A stretch of DNA of 64,000 nucleotides from Pecten maximus (Eukaryota): contig NC_047020.1 of NCBI RefSeq assembly GCF_902652985.1, positions 12,958,001 through 13,022,000 on the forward strand, in the 5' to 3' direction. Below the pieces are notes generated by a model, which was not told the DNA's origin, did no database searches, and saw nothing but the letters and a program-made list of their open reading frames with translations. How positions within the stretch are numbered: position 1 is the first letter of the stretch; the number at the start of each line of letters is the position of its first letter. The position numbers and the translations under genes were made by a program. Positions 50,544 to 64,000 of this stretch are shown here, piece after piece.

Positions 50544-52876
50544 GATAAATTCATGATACCTATTGTTAGATTTGATTTTTTTTACAAACTGCTGTCTAAT
50601 ATCGGATGTCAAATATATAAGAATTATAATCAGGCCACTTATTTTCACCCTTTTGTCGATATTAAGTTGATTCAGTGTTGTTTTTAGGTTACCTTACTCT
50701 AAATTCGTCAACTAATTTGTGTGAATTTAATAAAATATTCTTTTGAAGGTGACGAATTTAAACTGAGCGTCAAGATTTTGTCTATAACATCTTTTGGTGT
50801 AAGGGTGGTTGACCATACTCTCGAACTCGCGAGATTTATACGAGATTAAACCGTTAGACAACCCTGGAGCCTCGTTGAGTACTAATTGACCACCGGGGAC
50901 ATTTTACTGGTGACATACAGCATGCCAGACCCAAATGACGTCGTTATTCGGGTCATTAACTATCCAAAGATAAAGTTCACCGTTAGCCCATGTGACGTAA
51001 CAGAACATATTTCCTAATTTCCTTTATAAAGCTTAGATAATGAAAACAAGGCGTTCGGGGCCAACATCGGTTGGAATTATGCAAAATGCATGTTTTAAAC
51101 TTCTCGGTAAAGTCGAGCGTTTTTGCAATACATTTTTTTTTTCTAAATATAAATTTTGATTATAGGTATTAAAGGACAACATTTCCTTCCCTGACCGCGA
51201 ACTTTGAAAGAGAAAAATATATTTTACCGGAACTATTAAAACCAAACATCTGAATGAAAGGGATCGGGGTCAAACACGTGATGTCAATAAATCAATTAAC
51301 AGAGGAAATGACCAACTGAAATTAGTTTTATGTCGACGTACTTACGACTGGTAATAAAGTATCTTCCATTTTCCCGTCTTAGTGTACGTATGAAGAAATT
51401 CAATTAAACTGAGTGAAATATATTTATTTGTCTTACGGAGAAAATCATTGCACTTTTCCTCGAGTCGTCGTATAAACAAATGAAGCAAGGAAATGATTGG
51501 TTGGGTTTACAACCCTACGATTAATTGAATATAGCCAAAGGTTATCGTTCTTCTACACTATTACAGGAAAACCGCAATTTCATAAAATCAACATACATGC
51601 TAGCTCAAAGATGATATAGAAGATTTATATACAGTACAAACGCCGGGTGCGGCGGACCGACTCCGAGTCCTGCCATTACACTACTATAACGGCCCCCGAT
51701 TGTTTACACTCAATACAAACAAGTTCTCATATTAATTTACTCCGCATTTCCTACACATCTGAAAGTACTTCATGAAATAACGTCAATGCACGCGCATATA
51801 TGTTTTAAGGACAAACTAAGCGTTGTAAAAACCCACATTGTTTTTTGTTCACATCAACCCACCTAGCACTTGATGTGTGTAGGAGCGGGTCGCAAACTCT
51901 AGCGAGGGGGACGGATAGTCATGGAGAGGATAGATGGATCAAATTTGTCGCAACGACCACCCAGGCCCGACCTAGAGGAATCGCCCCGCCCCAGGGCGAC
52001 AAGGTTAATTTCGCCGTATATTTTCTTTGGGTTGATGCACTTGGCGAGTAGTAAAATGGGAAGCGAAACCTAAGCGGGCGATATCCTTTATGTGTTTATT
52101 TTGAGGAATTCTTCCGAGATGTAGTTCTCAAGTAAAGACCCGTTATCGCCGCCCTCCGATCTGATACGGCTATCATCGCATCAGCGTATATGTCCATCCG
52201 CGGTCCAAGTGTCTCCCTAACACGTGCTTATACTTAGCGACATATATACAACCACTGATCATTTTTATACAAAAAGTTGAAATTCTGGATGAGGATCTAT
52301 AATTCAATTAAGTGGTTCTCTTTGGGGAAATCATTCTGAATTTCTTCCTAACTTACACTGATAAATTGAAAATGACAGTCCGGGAATAAACGATTCCGAG
52401 TGCAGGGCCTGTGTATCATTAGAGTTCCTCTGCAACGAACAAAATTCTTGTATTTGACTGAAAACTATTTCCCTTCAAGAGCCGCTAATTGCATATTAAT
52501 CATTAGTAACATATTTTCTGCAGTTATAAGAAATTCTCCATAATCAAGCACTCGAGGATTCCATGTTAAAAATTTCTTTTACAACGTTGTACTGACCAGA
52601 ATGAATTATAGTATAGGACAAGTCAATGTTATGCTGTTTTAATTGTAAAATATGTCAGTTTTAATTTCATTGCCTTTTTATCATTTTTATAAAATTTGTC
52701 TTATTTCAAACATCAGTAATTCATAAAACCAAACCAAATCTGCGAAAAGATTTAATACTTTGATATTTAAAACGGAGTAAGTCTTTCAAGTCTTCCAAAC
52801 TTTATTTCATTCTTTTCACAAAATTAGATGCACAGAGAAAAAAACATACAGCAATGTACAAAATAAAAAGCAAATT

Positions 52877-53263
52877 TGATGTGGAGGACAGATCATGTGG
52901 AGGAGAGATCATGTGGAGGACGGATCATGTGGAGGACGGATCATGTGGAGGACAGATCATGTGGAGGAGAGATCATGTGGAGGACAGATCATGTGGAGGA
53001 CGGATCATGTGGAGGACAGATCATGTGAAGGACGGATCATGTGGAGGACAGACATGTGGAGAACAGACATGTGGAGGACAGATCATGTGGAGGACGGATC
53101 ATGTGGAGGAGAGATCAAGTGGAGGAGAGATCATGTGGAGGACAGATCATGTGGAGGACAGATCGTGTGGAGGACAGATCGTGTGGAGGACGGATCGTGT
53201 TTAGGACAGATCATGTGGAGGACGGATCATGTGGAGGACGGATCATGTGGAGGACAGATCATG
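52877..53263. repeat. 16-bp minisatellite
   Basis: GATCATGTGGAGGAC(A/G) units, about 24 copies. Confidence 0.95.
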
Positions 53264-55927
53264 AGACTTTTTTGAAACATAATTTTACAAATCTTCATAA
53301 ATTTCTTACCTTTTTGAAATTTGTGTGTTCATTATTTCTGAAAATTTAATAACATTTGGTAATTCATATACATACTGATCTAGATATATTTTTCTTTCTG
53401 TATAAGGATAATTAAAATACCCTTGGTTTGATACTCACCTTCCCTGTATTGTAACCTTGGCGATTTTTCAGACAAGCGGAATGTGAAAACTAATTATGTT
53501 CATATTTATGGATTAACCGGACACCGCACGCGCATTATCTAGCGACCCATGAACAATTTCGTAACACGGAGCACGTGCTGGATTAAAAAAAGAACTATTA
53601 GAATTAATTGGCATATCGAATGATTCTTAACTTGTCACCCATTCCGCATGTGTAAAATTCATATGTTGTGCGTATTATTATAACATAAAATGTTATGCAC
53701 GATAAACAACATAAATGCAACATGCATGCGTTCTATGCACGTGAGAAGCGTCCCATGTCAATGAACATATTATGTGAATACGGTGAGTTATGGATTACAT
53801 ACATAAAGCTATTTTAGGAGGATATGCAATATGTTAACCTGAGATATGTGAGGTAACAGACATGTGTATTTGTGTTAGAGCTAATCAAATCTGACACTAG
53901 CTAACGACTACAACGTACAAAATGAGGCGACTTTTGCAGACACATTTTCCGGACCCACTGCAATCGTAAACGGTTCTGTGATTATCAAATACAAAGCGTC
54001 CAATCGGAACCCCTCGTCATTTTTGTCCTAATAATCGCTAAACGTACATTTTATGTAATTCTTCAAATTGCTCATCTTAAAGTCTTTGGCATCATTTTCG
54101 GTTAAAACAATTATTCCTACTGGCGACAGTTAATACATCGTCAATGTCCCGCTTTTAGTGGCATGTAGAGTTACACGATCATTTCGTTACCGAGAAAATA
54201 AAAACTTTACAATCAATGGAAATGAGATGTTGGAAAACATCAACGAGAAGCCGTAGTGTTGGTTTAATGATACTTCTTTGTTAGATTTGTGAGACTGTTC
54301 ACAAGTTGTTGTAACGGTACATGGTGTCGAGTTATGTCATGTTCATAATTCATTGTCTATTTTCGAGGAAGGGCGTCCATAACGTTTTTACAACTTGTGT
54401 CCAATCCTCTTGTCACGGCTTTGGCAAATAAATATGTTGAACTAAGAAAACTTTGTGCGGTAATGGAACAAAAAATTGTTTTCAAACTATATTCAATAAG
54501 AAATATTAACTTAAATTAATTAGATTTAAGCTGCAATAACAAATGAATGAACTGTCTTTACGATATGAAGATAAGTGTAGTTTTAATATTTAAACGATAT
54601 CGTTAGGGGCTTTGTTTCACGGAAAACATTTAAGACAAATTCAAAAGTCCAAATTATGACAAGATTGATATAATTATCTATCTCTAGTGACGTAGCGCCT
54701 TTGTCGGTTACGAGTGTGAGTCTGTTTTACGGCAGGTATACCTCCTGAAATCAGGTGCATCACACAGTTCTCTCACTCCCCAGTCCATACACACACAATA
54801 GCTGTCACGCCGACCTCGATACGTCCCTGATAATATGCATCTGTTTCCTGTAAAATTCGTACACTTACGCGGGGTTTCTATGTTCCTACATTTCCCTTAT
54901 CTATGAAATATACATGATATATTTCTGTAAATTCTCTTACACGATTCCGTGTCGGAATTAGAAAGAAACAATAGCCTATCGACATCGCCATCACGCTTCA
55001 AACGCGCATGCCCCGAAGACGGTGTTGATTTCATCCGAAGATCCACAAAGTCATTCGGATAACCTCGTTTGTAACCGAAGATGTTTTGTCGCCTGCGGTG
55101 CAAATAAAAATATTTGTGTCTGTTTCACTTAGCGTGCGTTTGATGAGGTACACATAAGAAGAGTATACATTGTAGATGTTATCGATAATCACAGAACCGT
55201 GGCTAATCTGATCACACCGATGGCGGCCTCTCTTTAAGATTGTATCGTTTATTGACGAACACGATGCATATCATATCATTTAATTGTTTAACCGATGCAT
55301 CAGTTTGTCAACATATACCCAATAAAAGTGAAACGTATAGATACCGCTAACTGATGTTTAACGATCGTGTAGCTTATCATTAACAATAATAACGATAGCA
55401 GGTTACACATGTTTTATTGTAGTGACTCGGGAGTGTTACAACACAATGGACCAGACTAACAAGCCTTGCTACAATAACATCGATAAAACAATGATTTTTA
55501 TATCAGAAGTTTGACTAATAAGTAAAAGTAAGAAGCCCTGGTTCCATAACATCAATAATGATTTTTATATCAGAAGTTTGACTCATAACGTCAATAAAAC
55601 TTATATTTTAGAAGTGTAACAAAGACAATTGTAGTTGTCTCTATTGTCTTTGCCTAACTTAGAAGATTCTACGTCGCTGACATCTTATACACTGCTTCTA
55701 AAAGAATGTATAAAATGGCACCCACAGAATAAAAATATATCTAATTGACAGCAACAAATAAAAGTGCCCTTATAATGATTACGTATACGACAGAAAGTAA
55801 CATGCACAACAATCAGAAAGTGCATGGTTATTTTCAGGATTAATCATTTATCCACTTTATCTAATTTAAGTTGAAGTAAAATTCGAAGCCCAAACTTCTG
55901 GAGTGAGGTAACAGTGTAATGTACATT

Positions 55928-55960
55928 CAGAGACGTATATACCTGATATACAAGTCTCTG
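55928..55960 (-). mobile_element. 33-bp palindromic micro-MITE, copy 2
   Basis: Exact reverse complement of 13513-13545, flanked by GTACATT / GTTCATT (7-bp TSD, one mismatch). Confidence 0.85.
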
Positions 55961-58877
55961 GTTCATTGTAAGTAACTTTTAGTATTGTAGAAGTATACAC
56001 TATCAGATCCTTATTTTCAATCGATCGTGATAATTCTTTTTCGGAAATTCAACCTCTTTACTGAAATAACAGTTAATACAAGGGACAAACCTCGTCTAAA
56101 CAAGTGATTATAGCGACTGAAAAACAATCAGCAGTATATTTCTGTAAGAGAATGCAAACAACAACAGTGTGGGAAGGCAGAATTGTATTAATTATAACTT
56201 TAACAGAAATATAACAAAAGTGGGTTGTTTACTTTATAGAGTGTAGCAAAAGTAGCAAGCCTTGTCTTAGTACTGAACGTTTAGTAAACCAATAGTTTAA
56301 TTCTGTCAAAACAAAGAATTAATGTGGCAAGTCAAACTTAACAGGCAACAACTTATGCAACAAGAATTTTATAAATCATCACAGTACAGTTACAAAGATA
56401 TACCTGGGTAATTAAAACAAAGAAGAGAAGAAAGCCTGTATATCAAGTCCAAAACAGAGTTATTTCCCTTGTCGTTATATTAATATTACATTGTATGTAC
56501 TGATGGCAGTATCAGGAAGTAAATTGTAACAACTATTACCGTACAAAGGGCGATAATGTACACTTGTCAGAAGTAATTTTAACTTCATTCGTTTCCCCCT
56601 ACAGTATACACTTGCAATAATTATCAGTCTATTTGATTACCCTGTTCCGTTTATTCGTTTACTCATTTATTTTAATTGCAGAGATATTTTCTTTGATTTT
56701 TGCATTCTAAGATCTAACATTGAGTTAGCATTTTATCCTGTTCTGAAATCAATACAGAGAAAAAAAAACCTGAACCCTTTTTCATATCGCTAAAACTTAA
56801 TTTGAATCATATTTGTCCGAACGTGATCACTCTGGGTGTGTTCTCGAGGCGCGGGGAGGAGACAAAGTTAGTGGAGGGCGGTTAGTACTTCTGTAAGTAA
56901 TACGTCAGTAAAGATGGGCGGGGTTGTTGGAAGGTAGGTAGGTAAAACAATAAAATAACATCGAGAAATACATGCTACACACTGAGTAATAACAGTGAGG
57001 AATGATATTACGGAAAATATACATACAGACCGCAACAGTCCGGAGTATAAACTTACGGCGAAACGCAGATGAAAGAAACAGGCCAATTATTGAGACGGAG
57101 GGGGAGGTCTTTGTGTATGTCACTATCCGTCCCGACCCCCACGGGGGCTGATAGCGACACACAGGGGTCAGGGTGATAGCGACCTCTCCCCCCAGTAGGA
57201 CCGCCCTTGAAAATATATCCACCGTCAGATAGGGTTATGCCACCCACGGCGGCTCGCCCATTGTGGACACACGTGGTCAGTGAGCGTACAGGGCACGTGC
57301 CTCTATGACGGTACATACACGTGTATTTCGTTCCTAATTTCACGACATTAACCCCAGTAAACAAAAAATCTCATTTGAGGCGTACACGTGCATTAGTGCA
57401 TGAACGTGCATTATTAAAACACATAAGTCAGTTTTGTATTTAGGGAACGTTAGAAGACATAGTCCCCTTCTGTGAACAGAAACTGCCCAGTGGTCAAGTA
57501 ACTTTAAACCCAAGTTTATTGAGGCATAAAATCGGCCAGAGTCGATGGTTGTGGTTGGTCTATTAGTAACGATTTACATCAATTAACAGCTGATTGATCC
57601 ACAGGTCGTATGTCCAGTCATACAGAGGCACTATTGTAGTCTCCAGCAACAGGGATTGAAATCAAACTTTGTGGCTTAATTTAGCCTATTTTAGTGGACG
57701 AGGAGCCAATTTTTGCGTGAAAAATCTGCCTCCTCGACTAAAGCTTGAACGATATTTTGGTGGTTCTGAATCCTTTAGACATTTCTGCATCGTCTGTACC
57801 CGCTCTCTGGCGTGTGTGATAAAGATCGAGGAAAATCCAGTACGTAATGTCCTTGGCGAGTTCTCACCTGACAAAGGGTAGTGACTCTTATTTAAATGTA
57901 AACAAACAAACAAATATTAAAAAGGACTACCGAAAGCTAGTAAACATATGTTCTCGTGTTCCGACAATAGATCTAGGTAAATATTTACATACATACATAC
58001 GTAAGATGACAATAACTCGCTGTCGGCCATACATGGAGCCTTTACACCACAAAACGCCCTTATCATAACCGACCGATTGCGATCTCGATCCGATTTGTTT
58101 ACATTTAATTTTTTCGCTTCCGGCTTATAGTTGTTCTTGCCAGAAACATGGGAAAACATACGTTTTTATATAGCAGTGTTTTTATGTACATTGTATATGT
58201 CAGTAGTAAGAATATTGGGGACACTAACCAACATAAAATTTCTAATATCTTCTTATTTAGTTAATTTCTGGATGTGATCTTTCTATATGGTTTTATTTAC
58301 TTGAAGGCCTCTTATTCCCTTGAATGAGTTAAGAAGGACTGAAGTTGTTTGGATTTATGTAGACATGCTTCGGCAAAATAACTATCGTTCAATAATCTTT
58401 TGCCACGCATGTAAACATGATGGTGAATGGAGGCAGTTGTTTGTGTTCCTTCTTTAAGGCCGAGAAATTGAATGGACAGAAAAATATAAGAGGGCAAATA
58501 TTCTAACTTGAAAATGACAAATCGATCGCAAAAATACTAACAAAACATTCAATGCTTGGAGACTGTTGATAAAGCACTAGGAAATATAAGACCAGGCGTT
58601 CCTTGAGGGTAGGCGTATCTTCTGCTTCATCGACAACACTTCATAGTAACCCCTCTTTCACTTTGTTGAAGTTGAACCTTTCACGGCGTCCAGTATCGGT
58701 ACGATATGAAGAGTTCCTCTTTAGAAAGAGCGAAGGTAACATTTGGGCATTGTGGCCTGTACTACTGAAAGGATGCTCAGAACAGAAGGAACTATTTTAC
58801 TATATACATGTCAATCAAACAAATGTATCATTTACCTCGGCACAACACGACTTTACTCCGAATAAACTTATCGATAA

Positions 58878-58945
58878 CTGACCAGGTGTGTGTTTCCTGG
58901 GTACTCCGGTTTCCTCTCATGAACGACCCAGTACATTCACGTTTA
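58878..58945 (+). mobile_element. V-domain SINE fragment
   Basis: TTTCCTGGGTACTCCGGTTTCCTCTCA matches the core of the SINEs at 8528 and 18560. Confidence 0.6.
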
Positions 58946-59750
58946 ATGCTCTTTTCAATTTTGCAGTAGATGATGAATTGGAATCACTTGTGAAATTAAT
59001 GAAGCAAACAAGTATACAACTCAACACTATTTAATATAAGCTCTTGTTTAACAAATGTATCCATGTATTTTATCGTATGTTCTGATCAGTAATATATCAT
59101 ATAAACTGATGACCGAGAAGTCTGGCAGTTTGATTGACTTACTGAATTATGCGTTTGCTTGAATTCCAAAGTTAATAATTAAGGATTGTTACATTTGAAA
59201 TTAGGAACGGACCAATATTCATGAAACGTAGCAGTGACATCTAGGTTACGTAAGCGCTCCATATTAACACACACACACACACACACACAAAATCAGATTG
59301 TATTATAATGTTGAAATAATCACACAAGGCGAATATATATATATTTGAAGAAAAAAAAAACAAAAAAAAGACAGAGATAAATTGTACGCGTTCCTTGTTT
59401 ACTCATCGAAGTCGATCGGTGAAAATGTTAAATACATGGTCGGTATGCTATAAATTATAACTACATGTACTAACGGTGTGTTGTATTCGTACAAGCATTG
59501 ATATAAATTATACATATATGTGTAGTTACCTTAAACAGTATTTTATTTAATTCATAGACATAGGATACAAATTTAAAAATACAAAATATCAGTTCATAAT
59601 TTGTGTATTTCATAAACGTATATAACCCCATATAAAACCTAATATGTGTCATGTAAAACTACATTTGTACCTAAAGTTATAACAATGAATCCGATTAACA
59701 ATGATGCATAAATTATATGAAATATAATACACAAATGTGATTTATTTTCA

Positions 59751-60227
59751 TATAATTAATTTTCTTTGTTTTCATGGTAAATACTCAGATATAATTATTT
59801 TTTCTTTGTTTTCATGGTAAATACTCAAATGTGATTGGTCGAAAACTTCTTTTCATTCTTCTTTGAAAGAAATTCCGAGAATGGCGCGAAATATGTGATG
59901 TCACAATACGACAATTGACGTTGCGTATTGATTTGAGGAAAAGAATCCCATTTAAAACCAGTAAAATTGTACATAAAACATGTTTTAAATTAGAAAATCA
60001 TTTTCAAAAATTAATTATAAGCGTTGATGTCAATTATTTTTTAGTTTCATCGGGGTATGAAACAAATTTTGTTTGCAAACTGTATGAATCCGCGTAGGGG
60101 TATGAAACTAATTTTGTTTGCAAACTTCTGTAAGAATCCGCTACGCGGATTCATACAGTTTGCAAACAAAATTTGTTTCATACCCCGATGAAACTAAAAA
60201 AAAAAAATGACATCAATGCTTAAATAA
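59751..60227 (+). mobile_element. Non-autonomous DNA element with a long terminal hairpin (possibly Crypton-like)
   Basis: Hairpin arms 60018-60097 / 60141-60222 bounded by TTATAAG and CTTAAATAA. Body motifs ATTGG..GA and TGACGTTGCGTA are shared with 16012-16372. The 5' 39 bp are tandemly duplicated. Confidence 0.65.
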
Positions 60228-60949
60228 ATTGTATATAATACATTAAATCATTATTATAATAGCGACATTGTATTTATTGTATACATTGTGCCATAAGGGC
60301 ATTGTGTACATTTGATATAGCAATGTATATTTGATGAAATGCATAGTTTCCTATTTTGTACTACAAGACTATAATATTCCCGATATGATAATGACATACC
60401 TAAATCAAAATTATTATGCAAGAATAATGAATTTATTATGCAAGAATAACGAATATGTATATTTCTCCCTATTTCAAAGTGTAGTAGTAGTAATCCTGTT
60501 ACGTACATCTGAGACCACTGACCAGATCCGGTCAGATACTGAAACAGTATATCACATCTCACGAGCGCATCATGCATAGAAATTACACGTTAAATGCGCG
60601 TGATGCACGCGACAGTTGCCTTTCATGTAGGATAAGATATCAACATATCACGGATTGACTATGATGTATGATAAATTGTTTATCTAATATCTCCTCCAAA
60701 CTCACTCATATATTGAGATAAATCTACAGAGCGTCCATCTTTGATCAGCTGCTCCGAGACTACTGATGGTCGTGTTGACAGTTGTAGGGTGGGGAGGGCG
60801 GCCCGCCATAGAACTCTAATTTGTAAACTGTCATTGCCGTGGGTAGCCCGATTATAATGATACGTCTGATTTAAGATGGATGTAATCTGTTTGATGTCAC
60901 GTAAAGACATAAAACTATAAACATTTCATGCGAGTGATTAGTCTTCAGA

Positions 60950-61232
60950 CATTATCTTAATGAAGTATTTTCGACTCCATGTAAATACTGAATTATATTA
61001 AATTATCTATATGAAGTATATTGAACTCCACGTAAAGAGTGAATTCTATTTATTCATCTAAATGATTAACATTTGTATATTCAACTCCATGCAAATACTG
61101 AACTATATTAAGTTATCTTAATGAATTATATCCAACTCCACGTCAATAGAGAAATCTGCTAATTCATCTAAATGAATTATATTCAACTCTATGTAAATAC
61201 CGAATTACATTAAGTTATCTTAATGAAGTATA
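60950..61232. repeat. Degenerate tandem repeat (unit about 50 bp)
   Basis: AACTCCATGTAAATACTGAATTATATTAAGTTATCTTAATGAAGTAT-like units in two alternating variants. Confidence 0.75.
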
Positions 61233-61860
61233 CTATGTACACAATTAGAGTAGCTTATTGACAAGATTTTATAATAAAATCAAAACGTAACAAAGACAAC
61301 AGTGCCAGTATTCAACTTTATCTGTTTGGATTATTGTGAACCTCAAGGTTAAACTAATCCGAGGAAAGAATGGCAGACAGAATGTTTTTTATCTGATATA
61401 TAATATGTTATTTAAATATCAACATTGAGCAACAGCTTCAAAGAAGTTATGGTTTAAACGAGATTTGAAGAATGGCTGTATGGTTCTCATCTTATCGACA
61501 TAACCGACTTCTCAAAAAAGAGACTTTTTCTTGAAGGTATCTATGTATTTCCGAACAATGTTTTTATTATCTAGATTTAGCGTGTATCTACAAATATATA
61601 TTGGGATGATAGACGTCCTTTAATTAGACAAGAAGAATTTGTTATCTAGGTTTACAGGATGAATCTCACCGACACATTGAAGTTTAAGAAAACACGCCGT
61701 TTTATTTACTCTTAGTTCCGTCTGGTTTTTCATTCTTTGTCAAATCATAAATATTATATTTTTTTTCATCATCATACCACCTTTATGTATCATGAGTATA
61801 GAAAAAATTGTTAAAAATAGATTTGCTTATTTGAGAAAACCTTTTGGACTTGTTCCCTTA

Positions 61861-62110
61861 TAGTAGTTGATACTCCTATGTAGCGTTCAGCATTTTCGGA
61901 GTGGGACGACTACTTCACCCATTGTCAGTATAATGTGACAGGGGGTGGTGTTCTGTTGGGTGTGTTCAGGAGTATGCTTCAGTGAGGTAGCACTTCTAAG
62001 TCGACATCACTTCCGCGCTAACACAGTGAGGCAGGCACGAGCATACCACAATGATCCAAAACACACACATGTACCACACCACGCCATAGCTGTGGATAGG
62101 TATTAAACAA
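61861..62110 (+). mobile_element. Degenerate, 5'-truncated Meta-domain-type SINE
   Basis: CAGCATT..GGAGTGGGACGACT...GTCAGTATAATGTGAC...GCTTCAGTGAGGTAGCAC matches my recollection of the molluscan Meta/MESC SINE core. The 3' end TAGCTGTGGATAGGTATTAAACAAA resembles the tail of the SINE at 8528-8753. Confidence 0.65.
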
Positions 62111-64000
62111 ATCTTTGACAGAGAGCTCAAATTATCAAAACTTGTGATTGCAGTTGTATAGAGGATAAAGAAAGGCTTAAATACGTATCTAACAAACCTG
62201 AATAGTTTAAAATTGATAATATAAACCGTTTTGTAAAATTCCTCTATTAAGTCTATATTCTAGTTTCTCTAACGAGAGTATAACTTGCATCGTATAGGCT
62301 AACACTATTGCACAAATCGTGTGGAGTTGTTGTTCTGCAGGAAACTTACTGATATTTAATTGAAAATCAAAATAAGACAACAACTATTAAATCACTAACG
62401 ACTCATTTGTCTGTGTCCTAGGTTCTCCTGAACCCCCTACCCCTGAGGAACCTGCCATATCAACCTGTCACAGTGTCTCCCCTCCCTCAACACATCTAAT
62501 ATCCCTCTAGTGACTCTAAACTACCATACAACCACTGGTCAGTTCAACAGAATGACGATTCAGTACTGACCACCATGACATCGGTCATTACGGTTGACCA
62601 CAATCCCCCTGGGTTTCTGACTCCGGCCAATTTGGCGATATAATGATGTTAGCAGGACCTACGACTGTTTAATTTGTTGTTCCTACTAATGAAGTATGGC
62701 CTGTAACTCTGTCACACGACCACGTTACGACCATTAGACCATTGGCGTGTCACCGCTGCCCGCATGAAAATTAAATTTAAATTGTTTTGATAATATATGT
62801 TTAAAATACCTAATTGATGAATAAATATTTTCATTCGTAAACTGGAAAGTATCGACTATTGGCAACAATGAAATCTGAAAGGTGGCACGAACTTTGGTAA
62901 ACAATGTTATGTATTAAATATGAATTAATTCGTACGCCTCTGTCTCCACTGTCCTCCAGAGTAGTTCGGCAAACACGATCTTCAACAACAAGTGTACAAT
63001 GCAGAATTTTGAGATTTTCATATTACAGAAGTCCCATCAAAAACATCAGCATCTATCATTAAATGAATTTGCGATTCCTATTGTACATTTCCAATAAAAT
63101 AATCAAAAGAATTGCATAAATAATTTCTCTGAACATTGTCAACTTTTCAACGGTGCCATGCTGGTCTCAAAATTTCCCAAAGAAATCTCGTCTCAAACGT
63201 ATTTTTTTTCAATTAAATTCCCCCTTTTTAACACATTTATGATTATTGTAATTATTTGATTGTTATAAAAACATGCCATCGTTATGGGATAAACGTGTAT
63301 GTCATACAATGTCAAACTGTGTACAGACCAATCTTCTCCAATGTATTGGGGGGAAATAATGTAGGATCAAATAGACTGTCGATCCGAGAATGGTCCTTTT
63401 TCTAGCAGATTAGATAACGGAACAGTACATGTAATTGTAGGGTTTCCAATGCCTATGTGCACTAATAAACTCAACATGCCCCTGCGATTTCAAAGCCATA
63501 TTTACACATACAACCTAAATTGTTAAAGCATTCTGAGATTGAAATAAGATTTATTAGATGCGATTCTCTCTGGTAACCAAGCTCTATTTTTTTGTATAGA
63601 AAGAATTTCTTGCTCTCATCAAGTGACATCAGTTTATCATGGAATATCTAACCTGTTGAATCATATATTTTAACAAAGCTTACAATTAATAATGACACCA
63701 TACAATGTCCGAAGCATTCATTCTGCATGAAAACACCTAATGATGACTCCGACCGACAGTAGGTATATATTCATAAGACAGGTTCCAGAAACATTCAATG
63801 TGCATGATCTAGATGTAAAACATTCTCCATCTATAGACACTACACTAAGAAAACAAAATGGTACATTTAAGCTGAGTGTCATTAATTAATCTTTGTTAAA
63901 ATATATGATTCAACAGTTTCATGGCCCCGTTCTCTTCTGGAGGCAATGCTGGCTGCTCGTTTCACCATCGGAAACTGAGTGGACAGAAATGATGAAGTGC

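Noticed and set aside
49558-50687. 332-aa and 207-aa repetitive ORFs
   Set aside because: Translations of the 24/26-bp minisatellite. The same applies to the ORFs at 16297-16752, 33294-33704, 38244-38438 and 52854-53349.
57669-58881. Short ORFs upstream of Hand as exons of a neighbouring gene (also 54897-55103 and 61400-61700)
   Set aside because: No recognisable domains, internal stops, and no consistent splice chain.
61982-62000. let-7-like start TGAGGTAG
   Set aside because: The match ends after 8 nt and lies in a SINE core. I recognised no conserved miRNA (miR-1, miR-133 and others) in the window.

Overview
AT-rich (about one-third GC by eye) animal genomic DNA, most likely a bivalve mollusc. 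The taxon is inferred from the V-domain and Meta-domain tRNA-SINE families present. The only protein-coding gene I can support is a two-exon Hand (bHLH, dHAND/HAND2-like) gene on the minus strand: exon 1 CDS 45274..44714, a 14.8-kb phase-0 GT-AG intron, and exon 2 CDS 29944..29840. The 221-aa product ends in the Hand-specific KGRTGWPQHVWASELKQ motif. The rest is a gene-poor landscape containing candidate promoter and enhancer motif clusters (NK2/Tinman, GATA, E-box, Hox), at least five SINE copies or fragments, LINE-type 3' tails, a probable solo LTR, two long-hairpin non-autonomous DNA elements and many minisatellites. The minisatellites explain all the long low-complexity ORFs. The most unusual observations are a 33-bp palindromic micro-element present twice with 7-bp target-site duplications, and a template-switch footprint inside one hairpin element. 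Regulatory calls are motif-based hypotheses only.
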